DNA of 64,000 nucleotides from contig CAXXKJ010000002.1 of assembly GCA_963675295.2 (NCBI GenBank), positions 1,696,001 through 1,760,000 of the forward strand. The letters are read 5' to 3'. The notes beneath the pieces are model-generated. The model was given only the letters and a program-made list of their open reading frames with translations. It did no database searches and was not told the DNA's origin. Positions 28,189-39,403 of the stretch are shown piece after piece (positions within the stretch are counted from its first letter, which is position 1; the number at the start of each line of letters is the position of its first letter). This stretch comes from a bacterium (GTDB taxonomy: Bacteria > Electryoneota > Electryoneia > Electryoneales > Electryoneaceae). Position numbers and translations under genes: made by a program.

Positions 28189-28980
28189 TCATGTGGATTT
28201 CTTTACTCGCATGACGACGGTTTCCGAGATGCGGTCGTGCACCGCCTGCCGGTTCGGGTGCCACAGCGCTTCGAGGAAGCCAATGCCCAGCGTCGCGATG
28301 CTCGCGCTGTACCCCCCGGCTCGGCCAAACGTATCCCACAAGTTCAGTCGCTTGTTGTCGAGCCGGATCACCCGGATGCGGAAGATCCACTTGCCCGGAG
28401 TATACCCACGCATCAGCCACGTCGCCAGGGTGAAGTAGACGATGAACATGAAGCCAATATTGGCGAGGTAGGATACCTTACCCAGGTAAACGTAAAGCCC
28501 GACATCCACCGACTTTCGTTCAACGTCGAACAGAACCTTTTCTTCGGTGCCGAAGGACAGGTCGAACGCCCACTCGTACTCACGCACAAGCGAGTCCAGT
28601 GCAAGTGAGTCGTTCCTGACGATCGCGCGCTGAAATTCTTCGGGCATCTGGTCCGGCATGCGTTGGTAGATCAGGTGGGCGGTGGCGACGTTCAGCTGAT
28701 GCCAGAGCAGTTCCTTTTCATCGGGATCGTCGCAGCGACGGAGTTCGCCGATCAGCTCGAGCGCGTGCGGTGAGTTGTATTTCATCGCGAGCCAGGACAG
28801 CAGGAACAGGGAGGGCATGCTGAGCAGGCCGACGAGCAGCAGGTCAACGAGAAAGGCGGCTAGTCGCCGCCGGAAGGTAGCCAGCTCCGCACCGAACACC
28901 GAGGGATCGACTCGCATCGACTCCTCGGTGATCGTGCGGTAGCGGGCGTCGTGTTTCTTATCGCTGTGTTTGCCGGACAG
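28189..28980 (-). CDS. RDD family membrane protein (tandem paralog; start probably non-canonical near 28980-28983, first ATG at 28917)
   Basis: ATFRRRLAAFLVD; GYTPGKWIFRIRV; QAVHDRISETVV. Similarity to the neighbour extends upstream of ATG 28917. Confidence 0.8.
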   Translation of the reverse strand: MSGKHSDKKHDARYRTITEESMRVDPSVFGAELATFRRRLAAFLVDLLLVGLLSMPSLFLLSWLAMKYNSPHALELIGELRRCDDPDEKELLWHQLNVATAHLIYQRMPDQMPEEFQRAIVRNDSLALDSLVREYEWAFDLSFGTEEKVLFDVERKSVDVGLYVYLGKVSYLANIGFMFIVYFTLATWLMRGYTPGKWIFRIRVIRLDNKRLNLWDTFGRAGGYSASIATLGIGFLEALWHPNRQAVHDRISETVVMRVKKST

Positions 28981-28982
28981 GA

Positions 28983-30728
28983 TTACCTCACCAGCACCAC
29001 TTTCTGCACCTGATCAAGCTGACCGGGCACGGTCGCGTGGACAAAGTACAACCCGGACGCGACGTTTGCCGCGTTAAACGTGAACGGGTGCAGCCCGACG
29101 GGGTACAAACCGTTCGCCAGTTCTGCAACCTGCTGGCCGGCCACGTTGTACACCTTCACCGTCAGCGGCGACGCTTCCGGCAGCTGCACCGAGAAGGTCG
29201 TCGTCGGGTTGAACGGGTTCGGGTAGGCGGCGTTCAGCGCATAGCCGTTCAATTGACCGGCGGCTGCTTCGTTGCCGGCGAGTTGCGCTTCGGCTGCGAA
29301 GGCGTCCATGCCGCTCACGGTCCATTCGTCCGCAGCCTCCGCGACAAACATCGAATCGGTAACGGTGAACGGGAAGGAATCGCTGGTGAATGTGTTCCCC
29401 GGTGTCGCTCCAACGGCGACCACCCATTCGTAGTTACCCGCCGGGGCGTTGTAGGGAACGGTGACGCCGATGTTGGTCACGCTGATGTGCATGAACGGCC
29501 AGAACTGCACGTAGGTCTGGTAGACCGGCCCGTAGGTGGACCCGTTCGGCAGGATTGCTTCGGTCCAGATCCAGCCTGGAACCATGCCCGCCATGCCACC
29601 AACCATCAGCTCGGCGTTGTAGAAGAATGTCTCACCACGGTGGACGAAGATGTTCGGATTGTGCGGCATCAGCTGCACGTTCACGATCGGTACAACGTTG
29701 ATCGTATCCATCATGGCGTTGTTCAGCTCGTCCGGTTCATCCACTTCGAGTAAGGCGTCCAGAAATGCAGTGAAGATCAGCTGCTGCGGCTGCGCCGGCG
29801 CAGTGAATTCCTGGTCAAACAGCACGTCGTAAATGATCCCGACCTGGCTCGCCGGGTACGGGTTTCGCACCGCCGCGATCACCTGGTTGTTGCCATCGTA
29901 CAAGGCGTGTGTCACCGGCGGGGTGATATCAGAGCCGTACACCTTGAACCGCAGCATCACCTGGTAGTCCTGGCCGGCAAAGAGCGAACCGAGTTCGATG
30001 TCCGGATTGTTCGGATCGACGAAGGACATATCGAGCATCCGGAAATCGTAGTCGCCGAGGTACTTCATCATCGCGATGTCATCGACGAACACACCATAGT
30101 GATCGTTGTTGTCGCCATCAGACTGGAAGATGAAGTCGATGTAGAGGTTGTCCATGTCGAGGTAGCTGACCAGTGAGTCGCCCGACATCGCCTGCGACAG
30201 GTCGAAGTCAACCTGATGCCATGTCTGGTCGCCACCGCCATCCAGTTCGTAGAGGACGTCCCAGTCGCCGACAACCGGCGAGAACGGTCCCTGCTTGATG
30301 CCGAGCATGAACAGGTCGCCGTCCCCGTTGCTGTTGTCCTCGACGTCGGCCCAGTACCAGAAATTGCCGACGGCCTCGACAGCCTCTTCCGTGCTGAAGG
30401 GGCCCCAGTACATGTGGGACATCGTGTTGTCCGGATAATAATCGACACCGGGCAGCAGCGAGGCGTCCGAACCGACGCACCACGCCGCAGTGGTTTGTCC
30501 GGGTACTCCCTGGTGATAGATGGCGTCGCGTTCGATGTCCCAACGGGCCGGCATCGGCGTTGGCGGATCGACCTGCCAGAAGTGTCCGTAAGATTCCCAC
30601 GGGAACGGTGTTCCGATCGGGCGTTCGAAATTCTCTTGCAGGATGGCGACTTGCGCGTAAGAAAGGAGTGGTGTGATCAACATCGCCAGAATGATCAGTG
30701 CGAAAACCGTACGACGTGTGCGAATCAT
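28983..30728 (-). CDS. Secreted protein with beta-sandwich/CARDB-like domains, Ig-like module and T9SS CTD
   Basis: Signal peptide; FQSDG....GVFVDDI; VDEPDELNN; AYPNPFNPTT...VASGLYFV...KVVLVR. Confidence 0.8.
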   Translation of the reverse strand: MIRTRRTVFALIILAMLITPLLSYAQVAILQENFERPIGTPFPWESYGHFWQVDPPTPMPARWDIERDAIYHQGVPGQTTAAWCVGSDASLLPGVDYYPDNTMSHMYWGPFSTEEAVEAVGNFWYWADVEDNSNGDGDLFMLGIKQGPFSPVVGDWDVLYELDGGGDQTWHQVDFDLSQAMSGDSLVSYLDMDNLYIDFIFQSDGDNNDHYGVFVDDIAMMKYLGDYDFRMLDMSFVDPNNPDIELGSLFAGQDYQVMLRFKVYGSDITPPVTHALYDGNNQVIAAVRNPYPASQVGIIYDVLFDQEFTAPAQPQQLIFTAFLDALLEVDEPDELNNAMMDTINVVPIVNVQLMPHNPNIFVHRGETFFYNAELMVGGMAGMVPGWIWTEAILPNGSTYGPVYQTYVQFWPFMHISVTNIGVTVPYNAPAGNYEWVVAVGATPGNTFTSDSFPFTVTDSMFVAEAADEWTVSGMDAFAAEAQLAGNEAAAGQLNGYALNAAYPNPFNPTTTFSVQLPEASPLTVKVYNVAGQQVAELANGLYPVGLHPFTFNAANVASGLYFVHATVPGQLDQVQKVVLVR

Positions 30729-30939
30729 GATGCAGTCCCCCTGATGGCTGGATTTGCCGGCGGCAAATCTTTGGAATCATTGTCAGGTTCAATCCTCCAA
30801 TCACTATCTTTGCAATTAGGCCAAACTTAATACATCGTTGCGGTAGACAAAATGCAGTTGCCCAATTTGCCAAACAAAATCATGGATTTCGAGAGTCAGA
30901 TGGCGGGACAGCCGACGCCAGCGCCCGCTATCTTGTCTA

Positions 30940-30967
30940 CCCATAGCCCATAGCCCACAGCCCAGAG
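30940..30967 (+). repeat. Heptamer tandem repeat (CCCAnAG x4)
   Basis: CCCATAG CCCATAG CCCACAG CCCAGAG. Confidence 0.7.
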
Positions 30968-30974
30968 CAAGCTT

Positions 30975-31718
30975 ATGACGTTCAACGACCATTTTTCCCA
31001 CGGATCGGACGAGTACAACCGCTACCGTCCGGCGTATCCAGCCGAACTGTTTGCGTGGCTGCGTGAACGACTGCCGGACGTATCGACGGTCTGGGACTGC
31101 GGTTGCGGCACCGGGCAGGCGTCCCTGTTGCTCGGCGAACACTTCCCCCATGTCATCGCCACCGACCCCAGCGAGCAGCAGATCGCGCACGCACGTCCGC
31201 ACCCGAACATCGAGTACCGTATCGCCCGGGCGGAAGAATCGGGGCTGGGGGACGGGGTTGTCGGACTGGTCGTTGTCGCGCAGGCGTTGCACTGGTTCGA
31301 CCTGGGCAGGTTCTATGCCGAGGTGCGGCGGGTGCTTCAACCGGGCGGGTGGCTGGTGGCGTTAACGTACAATTTGCCTGTGATCGCGGGGATTGATAAC
31401 GGGCCGTTCGAACGGTTTCACTGGGATACGTTGATCGACGACTGGGCGCCGGAACGGGTGCATGTGGACTGCGGATACGCCGATCTGCCGTTCCCGTTCG
31501 AACGTGTCGACACACCGGCGTTCCCGATGCTCTCCCACTGGGGCCTCGACCGGTTCCTCGGCTATGTCAACACGTGGTCCGGGTTGAACCGCTACCGTAA
31601 ACGCACTGGCGACGATCCGTTGCCACAGTTCCGCGCGGAAATGGAGGCAGTATGGGGCGATCCGGCGACCGAACGTGAACTGAATTGGAGGTTAACCATA
31701 CACATTGGCGCGGTATAG
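30975..31718 (+). CDS. Class I SAM-dependent methyltransferase
   Basis: YNRYRPAYP; WDCGCGTGQ; AQALHWFD; RVLQPGG. Confidence 0.9.
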   Translation: MTFNDHFSHGSDEYNRYRPAYPAELFAWLRERLPDVSTVWDCGCGTGQASLLLGEHFPHVIATDPSEQQIAHARPHPNIEYRIARAEESGLGDGVVGLVVVAQALHWFDLGRFYAEVRRVLQPGGWLVALTYNLPVIAGIDNGPFERFHWDTLIDDWAPERVHVDCGYADLPFPFERVDTPAFPMLSHWGLDRFLGYVNTWSGLNRYRKRTGDDPLPQFRAEMEAVWGDPATERELNWRLTIHIGAV

Positions 31719-31763
31719 CTTTATCTTTTCTTTGTACTGTATTTGGCCACAAAGGGGGGAAGT

Positions 31764-32456
31764 ATGAACCTAAGACGTTTGGCCAGCCTACTGTCGATCC
31801 TATCGATGGCTTTCATTTGGTGCGGTTGCGAGCGCGATACTGTCAGCTCACCCGTATCATCCGTCTCCACCTGTAACTATTTCCCGATGGATTTGCAACG
31901 GACTTGGACCTACGATGGCTTTGTCGAGGTGCGTGACGGCGATATTGTGGTTTCGCAAGATTTCACAGAAACATATGCGGTACTCGGTGCAAGCGAAATG
32001 TATGACCGCGATTGCATCGAGTTTGAGGTGGAAACCTCTTTCGATCCCGAGACTCGGTATTCCGTCTACTATTACACTGAGGGCAATGCTTTGTATTATG
32101 CGGACATGGACATATGGGGCTGGAGACTGGTGCTGGATTTTGACGTCGTGGTCAATCATTCAACCGGTGACACACTCAACGCGGCAGATCTGGATACGAC
32201 GGCAGCCCAGTACCAGATCCTCATCCTGATCGCTAACCAGGATACCGTGACGTTGGAAACGCGGACTTTTGAGATGTGTGTCGGGTCGCGGCGAGAAACC
32301 CACTACGAGTCAGGCGGTCTGGATATCAGTACAGTGTTCTTCTCATACGATGTTGGCATGGTGTACTACGAATATCTCCATTACGAGGATGAGGCCCAAG
32401 AGCTACCCAACCTGACGCGAAGAGGTGTTTTGACGAGTTGGTCGTCGATGGAATAA
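31764..32456 (+). CDS. Hypothetical lipoprotein
   Basis: Lipobox-like IWCGC; NYFPM...WTY; RBS GGGGGA. Confidence 0.7.
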   Translation: MNLRRLASLLSILSMAFIWCGCERDTVSSPVSSVSTCNYFPMDLQRTWTYDGFVEVRDGDIVVSQDFTETYAVLGASEMYDRDCIEFEVETSFDPETRYSVYYYTEGNALYYADMDIWGWRLVLDFDVVVNHSTGDTLNAADLDTTAAQYQILILIANQDTVTLETRTFEMCVGSRRETHYESGGLDISTVFFSYDVGMVYYEYLHYEDEAQELPNLTRRGVLTSWSSME

Positions 32457-32485
32457 TCTGCACGTTTGGCACAACAAAACTTCGC

Positions 32486-33559
32486 TTAGTCTATTGTTCC
32501 CATCGCATTGATCGTGATGGGATTTTCATTGTAGTCTAGTGAGATCGTCGTCAGGTACTGGAACACGTCGGCACGTTCAACGGATTCCAACGCCACCGGC
32601 CGAAATCTCACCTCCACGTTGTACACATTCACCGGCACGACACGCGCTTCCGAAACCGATCTGTCTTCGAAGGTGATGTCGGCGATCAGGCCGACCTTTG
32701 CGGTTTCGCTGTAGGACGCGAACGCGAAGTTGCCTAGCGAATAGAAAATCGGTGTGTCCTTGTAGATTTCGATGCCTTGCGGGACGTGCGGGTGGTGGCC
32801 GACGACAAAGTCCGCGCCGTGATCGATGCACAGGTGCGCGAGGTCGACCTGGTAGTCTTTCGGCGTCTCACGTTTTTCCGCGCCCCAGTGGAAGACGGTG
32901 ACGACGATATCATACGCCGCCGCGCACTCGTCCACCCGGCGGATCACGTCCTGCTCGTATGGGAACGCGGTCCCCGCCGAGGTGTCGCTCGCCCAGAATT
33001 CTTCCGGGAAGGTGGCGGAGAAGCCAAGCAGCGCGAGGGTCTGCCCGTTGAACTCGAACGACGCTTCTTTCAGCGCTTCGGTCTTGTTCATCCCCGCGCC
33101 GAAGTGCTGGATGCCGGTCGCGTCCAGTTCGGCCATCGTGTCACGCAGTCCCTGGACACCGTAGTCGAGGATGTGGTTGTTGGCCAGGGTGACAGCGCGG
33201 ATGTTGGCGTTGTACAGGCCCTGTGTCACGCCCGGTTCCGCTTTGAGGTAGAAGGTTTTCTCGAGGTACGGTTCTTCCACCGAGGTGACCGGATTCTCGA
33301 GGTTGCCGACGACGAGGTCCATTTCGTGGAACAGGTCGCGCGTTTTCTCGAACGGGTAGTCCACGCCGAAGGTGTCAATGTAGGCCGTCGCCCAGCTGCC
33401 GAGGAAGATGTCGCCGGTGAAGCCGAGGCGGACGGTGGTGTTGTCCGGGGCGGTTTCGTCCTGCGCGACGGTGGCGAACGGAATCGCCAGCAGCATCATG
33501 ATGGCCAGGGTGAACCCTCGAACTGTCGATTTTTCAACTACTCTCGGAACGGAAATCAT
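32486..33559 (-). CDS. CapA/PGA_cap family metallophosphoesterase-like protein (start uncertain, 33559-33586)
   Basis: FTGDI, GNLE, LANNHILDYG, FHWG, GHHPH, YSLGNF. Confidence 0.9.
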   Translation of the reverse strand: MISVPRVVEKSTVRGFTLAIMMLLAIPFATVAQDETAPDNTTVRLGFTGDIFLGSWATAYIDTFGVDYPFEKTRDLFHEMDLVVGNLENPVTSVEEPYLEKTFYLKAEPGVTQGLYNANIRAVTLANNHILDYGVQGLRDTMAELDATGIQHFGAGMNKTEALKEASFEFNGQTLALLGFSATFPEEFWASDTSAGTAFPYEQDVIRRVDECAAAYDIVVTVFHWGAEKRETPKDYQVDLAHLCIDHGADFVVGHHPHVPQGIEIYKDTPIFYSLGNFAFASYSETAKVGLIADITFEDRSVSEARVVPVNVYNVEVRFRPVALESVERADVFQYLTTISLDYNENPITINAMGTID

Positions 33560-33654
33560 CAACTTATCCTGAAACGTGGATCTCACAGTACCTTCCTAGA
33601 GTAACCATGAAAGAAGCCAACAATCCAGCGCATTTCTGATCCACGGGGGGCACG

Positions 33655-34473
33655 GTGAAGCTGCCGAGTGTTGTTGCCGCTATCGCGTTGTTGCTGCTGA
33701 TCGGGTGTTCGGATGGTGAAGTTGTTGGCGAGCGGAACCCTGCCGATGAGGTCGCGATCTCGGACCTGGAACCAACGGGCTTGATTCCGTCAGCGACCGA
33801 AGAGTTTGTGCGTAAATCGGGGATTGCGCCTGGCGATACGGTACGTGTGCTGGGGTTGTTTTCATCGGAGCGGCTGCCCTCGGCATCGGACGATGATGCG
33901 GTCAGCTATTTCCTCGATTCCACCCGGATTGTGATTCAGCCGAATAATGATGGCCGTTCACCTGATCCGTACTGGATACAATATCTGGATGTGGATACGC
34001 AAGGCCGCCCGCTGTTCCGTTTCCTCGACGTTCGATTAGCGGGCGAAATCGTGCCCGATTTCCGTGGCACGGCAAGCCTTTGCAGCCTGGTCGTTCTCGA
34101 TACCACCGCAAATCCACGACGATCCAGCCCCACCTGGCACCGTAGAACCTTCCAGACACGGTTTGGTAACTTGACCGTCACACCTGATCCCGCGGCGTAT
34201 GATACCGTCAATTTCGGAATTCTTGGCCCGCCGGGAGCGGCGGATGTGTATGCCGAATTCAACGGGAAACGTTCCCGGTTGATTACCGGCGTGCGGCTGG
34301 TGCAGTACAACCTGATCGATGTCAAGTGGGTGGGTGATCTGGACGATGACAATATCCCCGACCTGATCATGGATTACGGCGCAGGCACAGGGTTCCATTA
34401 TTACCTGTCGAGCCTGGCGCGGGACGGTCAGTTGTTCGGGTTGGCGGCGAAACAGACGACCCACGGGTGCTGA
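33655..34473 (+). CDS. Hypothetical lipoprotein
   Basis: Lipobox LLIGC; C-terminal WVGDLDDDNIPDLI...YLSS. Confidence 0.65.
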   Translation: MKLPSVVAAIALLLLIGCSDGEVVGERNPADEVAISDLEPTGLIPSATEEFVRKSGIAPGDTVRVLGLFSSERLPSASDDDAVSYFLDSTRIVIQPNNDGRSPDPYWIQYLDVDTQGRPLFRFLDVRLAGEIVPDFRGTASLCSLVVLDTTANPRRSSPTWHRRTFQTRFGNLTVTPDPAAYDTVNFGILGPPGAADVYAEFNGKRSRLITGVRLVQYNLIDVKWVGDLDDDNIPDLIMDYGAGTGFHYYLSSLARDGQLFGLAAKQTTHGC

Positions 34474-34510
34474 CAGGAAACGCGCGAGTGTCCAGATTGA
34501 ATCGGGGCGG

Positions 34511-35599
34511 CTAGCGGTTGGGCAGGACACGCCGCGCGTAGTTGGCGAGGCTGTTGAGCGTGTGCCGCACGCCCTTGTTGCGCAGTTTGCTGTAGACACG
34601 TTCGCCGAGCTTCGGGATGCTGACCAATGCGGTGAACACACTCGTGGCGCGGTCGATTGGGCGTAGCAGCTCGACCGGGTAGCCGTGCTGGCGCAATTCG
34701 GCGTGCAACAGCCGCGTAGACAGCGCTTTCTCGCCACGGTTCAGCGTCGTGTGCCACCGTCCCACTGCGGACGCGACAATCCCCTTGCCCGCGTCTCGTT
34801 CGAGTTTGTCCTTGCCGGCGATGTTGGACCGTTCGGTCTCCAGCATTTGCGGCTGAAAGTCGATCCCGATGAAGTCGCAGACTCGGCGGATGGTGCCCTC
34901 TGGATCGGCGGTGAGGTCCTCGTAGCGCAGGGAGAGGATGCGTTCGGGAAACTCAGCGCGCGCACGGTTTACCGCCCGCACCGCCGAGCGCCACGCGAGG
35001 CTGTTCCAGAACGCGTCGTACTCGGTGATCCCACGGCTGGCCTTGTCGTCGATGGTCGCAGTGCCGTCCTTCAGCCGTGCCTTCATCCGCTGCTCGCGCA
35101 GCTTTTTCGAGCTCAACGTGTCACGTCCATCGCGCACGATCTCAATCGCCAACGCGTCCGGGATCTCACCCAGGATCTGAACAGCTTGCTGCGTGTGGTC
35201 GGGAGTTTTCTCGACCCAGAGGCGTTTGCCGTCTCGTTGTGCGAGAAACGTGAACGTTGCCGGAAACACCAGCCGGTGCGGCGGATTGTCGGGCAGGGTG
35301 GCACGGATCGCGGCGAGTTCGTCCGGGGCCAGGATATCCGGATCAAGCGGCTCGGTCTTGACTTCATACAGACGGCGGTGCCCGGTGATGATCAGGTTCG
35401 CGCAGAATGCGATCATCGCGTTGAGCGCGGTTTCGGTGTCCAGCGTCGGGTACAGCGGCTTGTAATAATGCGGCATCTGGTAGAACGCCGACTCCGACCG
35501 TTGCGAATAGACATGCGGATGCTGCCGCAGCACATTCTGCAGCAGGCTGGTGCCGGAATGGGCGTACCCGAAGATGAAAACTGGCTGGATCGATGCCAT
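34511..35599 (-). CDS. Sulfotransferase family protein
   Basis: FIFGYAHSGTSLL (PAPS 5'-PSB), WVEKTP, IVRDGRD, LRYEDL. Confidence 0.88.
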   Translation of the reverse strand: MASIQPVFIFGYAHSGTSLLQNVLRQHPHVYSQRSESAFYQMPHYYKPLYPTLDTETALNAMIAFCANLIITGHRRLYEVKTEPLDPDILAPDELAAIRATLPDNPPHRLVFPATFTFLAQRDGKRLWVEKTPDHTQQAVQILGEIPDALAIEIVRDGRDTLSSKKLREQRMKARLKDGTATIDDKASRGITEYDAFWNSLAWRSAVRAVNRARAEFPERILSLRYEDLTADPEGTIRRVCDFIGIDFQPQMLETERSNIAGKDKLERDAGKGIVASAVGRWHTTLNRGEKALSTRLLHAELRQHGYPVELLRPIDRATSVFTALVSIPKLGERVYSKLRNKGVRHTLNSLANYARRVLPNR

Positions 35600-35721
35600 C
35601 GTGCGACCGCGTGTTCGTGGAACAGTAATGCCCGGACAAGGTACGCGCGATACCGTATCCGGGCAATTCTCACTCGCGAGATTGCGGGGTCAAACGTGGG
35701 AATGGGTTAACTGGTCGTCGG

Positions 35722-36348
35722 TTAGTCCTTCCACGTCCGCTTGATGAAGCCATCCCGTCCCGATCCCACCTTGTACGCGTTGTAGTGCAACGGGTTCTTC
35801 TTGTAGTAGTCCTGGTGGTAATCCTCGGCCTTGTAGAATTCGGTGACCGGCAGGACTTCGGTGACGATCGGATCGTCAAACTTGCCCGATTCTTCCAGCT
35901 CCCGCTTCGATTCCTCCGCCAACCGTTTCTGCTCCTCGTTGTGGTAGAAGATCGCAGTTTTGTAATGATCGCCACGGTCGGCGAACTGGCCGTACTTGTC
36001 GGTCGGGTCGATGTTTCGCCAGTAGGTGTAGAGAAGCTTCTCGTAGCTGACGACGGACGGATCGTAGGTCACCTGCGCCGATTCACGATGCCCGGTGCGG
36101 CCGTTGACCACATCCTTGTAGCTGGGATTCTTCTCGCTGCCGCCGGTGAAGCCGGCGACGACGTCAATTACGCCGTCCAGCTGCTGAAACGGCGGTTCCA
36201 TGCACCAGAAGCAGCCACCGGCAAAGGTGGCGACGGCCAGGTTCTTATCGTTCACTTGAACATCCTGAGCATGAGTATTTTTGGGAGTAGTCATCACGAC
36301 GATCAAGCTGAACGCAATGAGGGTCACTTGCAAAAGTTGGCGAATCAT
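35722..36348 (-). CDS. msrA: Peptide-methionine (S)-S-oxide reductase, exported
   Basis: FAGGCFWC, GHRE, AEDYHQDY; signal peptide. Confidence 0.93.
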   Translation of the reverse strand: MIRQLLQVTLIAFSLIVVMTTPKNTHAQDVQVNDKNLAVATFAGGCFWCMEPPFQQLDGVIDVVAGFTGGSEKNPSYKDVVNGRTGHRESAQVTYDPSVVSYEKLLYTYWRNIDPTDKYGQFADRGDHYKTAIFYHNEEQKRLAEESKRELEESGKFDDPIVTEVLPVTEFYKAEDYHQDYYKKNPLHYNAYKVGSGRDGFIKRTWKD

Positions 36349-36629
36349 CCTGTATCCTCGTTCATCAAGACTTCATTCATTTCTACGCCTGAGGGTGAAA
36401 GCTGGTTTCATCCGATGCGGGAACTACGAGACCGGGTACCAGCATAGTGTTGAAGTTTTCCACCAGGATCACTGTATTATGTTGCTCATGCGGGACTGTG
36501 TTTGGTCAGTTCGTTATCCAGGCCCGTCGTTCATCAATCAGCTGCCGTTAGTCTGGGTGTGCTGGAGCCGACCACCAGAAAGAACGATGAAGTAGCTTTG
36601 GCATCAGGCAAGAACGATCTGGGAGATAC

Positions 36630-38996
36630 ATGCTACTCGCAGTTGCTGGCTGTTTTGCTTTGGCGGTGATCTCTCCCGGTTTGTACCGCATTTTCGGGAA
36701 GCGGTCTGGCCCACTCATGGCACTCCTCCCGGCCAGCGTGTTTCTCTTTCTGCTCTCGAAGCTGCCGTCGCTTACTGAATCATCCAGTGAAGGACCGAGT
36801 GCGCTGTTGGAATCCTATACGTGGGTACAACAGTGGGACATCGGGCTTTCCTTCCGTTTGGATGGATTATCCTTACTTTTTTCCTTGATGATCACCGGAA
36901 TAGGTGCTCTGGTTTTCGCATATTCCGGTTCCTACATGGCCAAGCATGGCAGTAGCGGTCGATTCTATCCTCTACTTGCAGCATTTATGGGGGCAATGTT
37001 GGGCCTTGTCCTCGCGGATGACCTGATCGCAATGTTCGTCTTCTGGGAGTTGACCAGCATTACCTCCTATCTCCTGATCGGATTTGACTATGACAAATTG
37101 CAATCGCGGAAATCGGCATTACAGGCTTTGCTTGTCACCGGCGCTGGTGGTTTGGCGCTGCTGGCTGGTTTCATTTTGTTGATACAGGCTTCCGACGCGA
37201 GAACATTCACTGAGTTATTGTCAGGAAGCTTGAATCTTACATCACACTCTTTGTATCCAGGCATATTGATTTTGATTGCCCTGGGCGCATTTACGAAAAG
37301 TGCCCAGTGGCCATTCCATTTCTGGCTTCCATCAGCAATGGTTGCTCCAGCACCTGTCAGCACCTACCTCCATTCAGCGACGATGGTTAAAGCGGGGGTA
37401 TACCTGTTGGCAAGGCTTCAACCGGTATTGTCGGGAACTCCGTTCTGGGAAAACCTGTTTGTCGTGGCAGGCTTGATGACTCTGCTTACGGGTGCCGTCA
37501 TGACACTATGGCAGAGCGATCTAAAAAGCCTGCTCGCCTATTCCACGGTTGCGGCGCTTGGAACAATGGTCTTGTTGATCGGGATTGGTGGCAAATATGC
37601 TGCTGTGGCACTGGGAGTCTATATCGCGGCGCACGCCTTATATAAAGCCGCCTTATTTCTCATCTCTGGCATTATCGATATGCAAACTGGCACCAGGGAT
37701 ATCAACAAGTTGGGGGGACTTTTCAAGAAATTGCCGGTCACTGGTACGGCAGCTTTACTGGCAGGGTTGTCATTCGCGGGTCTTCCCCCTGTTACCGGGT
37801 ATATTGCAAAAGAACTGTTATACAAATCGACCTGGTCTGCGCCGTACGGACTTGTGCTCAGCCTCTTGGTCGTTACCGCCAAAGCAATTCTGTTTTACAC
37901 AGCTTACCAGGTTGCCATAAAACCCTTCTTCGGAAAAATGCTGACAGAACCCAAGTCTGATCGTAAAGCACCCATGTTCATGGTGCTCGGTCCGATCTTG
38001 CTTGCGGTGTCTGGTTTCCTGCTCGGTGTGTTCGGGACTGGTGCTACTGGGTTTTTCGAGTCGGTTGGCAGTGCAGTTGCAAACGCCCGGGTCACTGCTG
38101 ATTTATCGCTGTGGCATGGCCTGATCCCAGCATTCTGGTTATCAGTGGTGACTGTGCTACTGGGCTTTGCTTTGATGTCATTGAAGCGTTTCATCCTGCG
38201 GTCACGAAACCCCTTTGATACCCTTGGCCGATTCGGACCAACTGCCATCTACAACGCCTGGCTAGAGGGTACAATCTGGCTTGGACACTGGCAGACAGCA
38301 CTTATTCAGAATGGTCGTCTCAGAATCTACATCCTGATTGTTTTAAGCGTGATTCTGGTGCTCGGCGGGGGAACTTATCTTCTGAACCTGGAGGCATCGA
38401 GTATTCAGTTGAAGTGGGATGGAATTCGTTTCTATGAGCTGCTGATCGCTATTATCACTCTTTCAGGCGCACTTGGAACAGTACTATCGAAAGGAAGGTT
38501 GACCGCAATCGTAACGCTTGGTGTTGCTGGATTGGGCGTGGCTTTGATTTTCATGTTCTTTGGCGGGCCTGACCTTTCCGTCACCCAGATATCAGTTGAA
38601 ACCTTGAGTGTCCTCCTGCTGGTTGTGGCGTTGTACAGTCTGCCGAAATTCCGCCGTTTAAACTCAACTGGAACAAGGGCGCGTGATGTGACTGTCGCTG
38701 TCCTGACTGGTATGTTTTTATCGGTACTGACTCTGGATTCGTTCACCGGGAACCGTGTGTCCGAGTTGGGCCGATGGTTTGCCGAGCAATCATATCTGGC
38801 GGGGAAGGGGCGCAATGTTGTTAATGTGATCTTGGTGGATTTCCGTGCCATGGACACATTGGGTGAGATCACAGTGGTGGCAATTGCTGCGATTGGGGTG
38901 TTGTCTCTACTCCGGGTTCGCAGTGGTCGAGATGGAACGGCTCCGCAAAATCTGCCTGAGCTTCCGGTATGTGAAGACAAGGAGGCCAGCCGATGA
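36630..38996 (+). CDS. mrpA: Mrp Na+/H+ antiporter subunit A
   Basis: [49 protein letters not shown]. Confidence 0.93.
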   Translation: MLLAVAGCFALAVISPGLYRIFGKRSGPLMALLPASVFLFLLSKLPSLTESSSEGPSALLESYTWVQQWDIGLSFRLDGLSLLFSLMITGIGALVFAYSGSYMAKHGSSGRFYPLLAAFMGAMLGLVLADDLIAMFVFWELTSITSYLLIGFDYDKLQSRKSALQALLVTGAGGLALLAGFILLIQASDARTFTELLSGSLNLTSHSLYPGILILIALGAFTKSAQWPFHFWLPSAMVAPAPVSTYLHSATMVKAGVYLLARLQPVLSGTPFWENLFVVAGLMTLLTGAVMTLWQSDLKSLLAYSTVAALGTMVLLIGIGGKYAAVALGVYIAAHALYKAALFLISGIIDMQTGTRDINKLGGLFKKLPVTGTAALLAGLSFAGLPPVTGYIAKELLYKSTWSAPYGLVLSLLVVTAKAILFYTAYQVAIKPFFGKMLTEPKSDRKAPMFMVLGPILLAVSGFLLGVFGTGATGFFESVGSAVANARVTADLSLWHGLIPAFWLSVVTVLLGFALMSLKRFILRSRNPFDTLGRFGPTAIYNAWLEGTIWLGHWQTALIQNGRLRIYILIVLSVILVLGGGTYLLNLEASSIQLKWDGIRFYELLIAIITLSGALGTVLSKGRLTAIVTLGVAGLGVALIFMFFGGPDLSVTQISVETLSVLLLVVALYSLPKFRRLNSTGTRARDVTVAVLTGMFLSVLTLDSFTGNRVSELGRWFAEQSYLAGKGRNVVNVILVDFRAMDTLGEITVVAIAAIGVLSLLRVRSGRDGTAPQNLPELPVCEDKEASR

Positions 38997-39403
38997 AATC
39001 ACTGATTCTGCAGATGATGGTGAGAGCGCTTCTCCCATTGCTACTTCTTTTCAGTTTGTATCTGCTTCTGCGTGGACACAACAGCCCTGGCGGTGGGTTT
39101 GCCGGTGGTTTGATCGCGGGAGCTGTCTTCGTCCTCTTCGCGTTGGTATTCGGGGTCGAGGAGACCCGTCGAGCATTGCATGTAGAACCCATATCCATCA
39201 TGGTATCCGGTCTCGCCATAGCGGTTGTGAGCGGGTTATACGGATTGATATGGGGTGATGCTTTCCTCCAGGCATGGTGGTGGGACCGGGAGATCGCTCT
39301 TCTCAAACACTTCGGCACTCCACTGGTTTTTGATGTCGGCGTTTACCTGACGGTGTTGGGTGCTGTACTCGTTGTGGTGCTCACTCTGATCGAGGAGGAA
39401 TAA
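38993..39403 (+). CDS. mrpB: Mrp antiporter subunit B
   Basis: [14 protein letters not shown]; FDVGVYL. Confidence 0.92.
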   Translation: MKSLILQMMVRALLPLLLLFSLYLLLRGHNSPGGGFAGGLIAGAVFVLFALVFGVEETRRALHVEPISIMVSGLAIAVVSGLYGLIWGDAFLQAWWWDREIALLKHFGTPLVFDVGVYLTVLGAVLVVVLTLIEEE

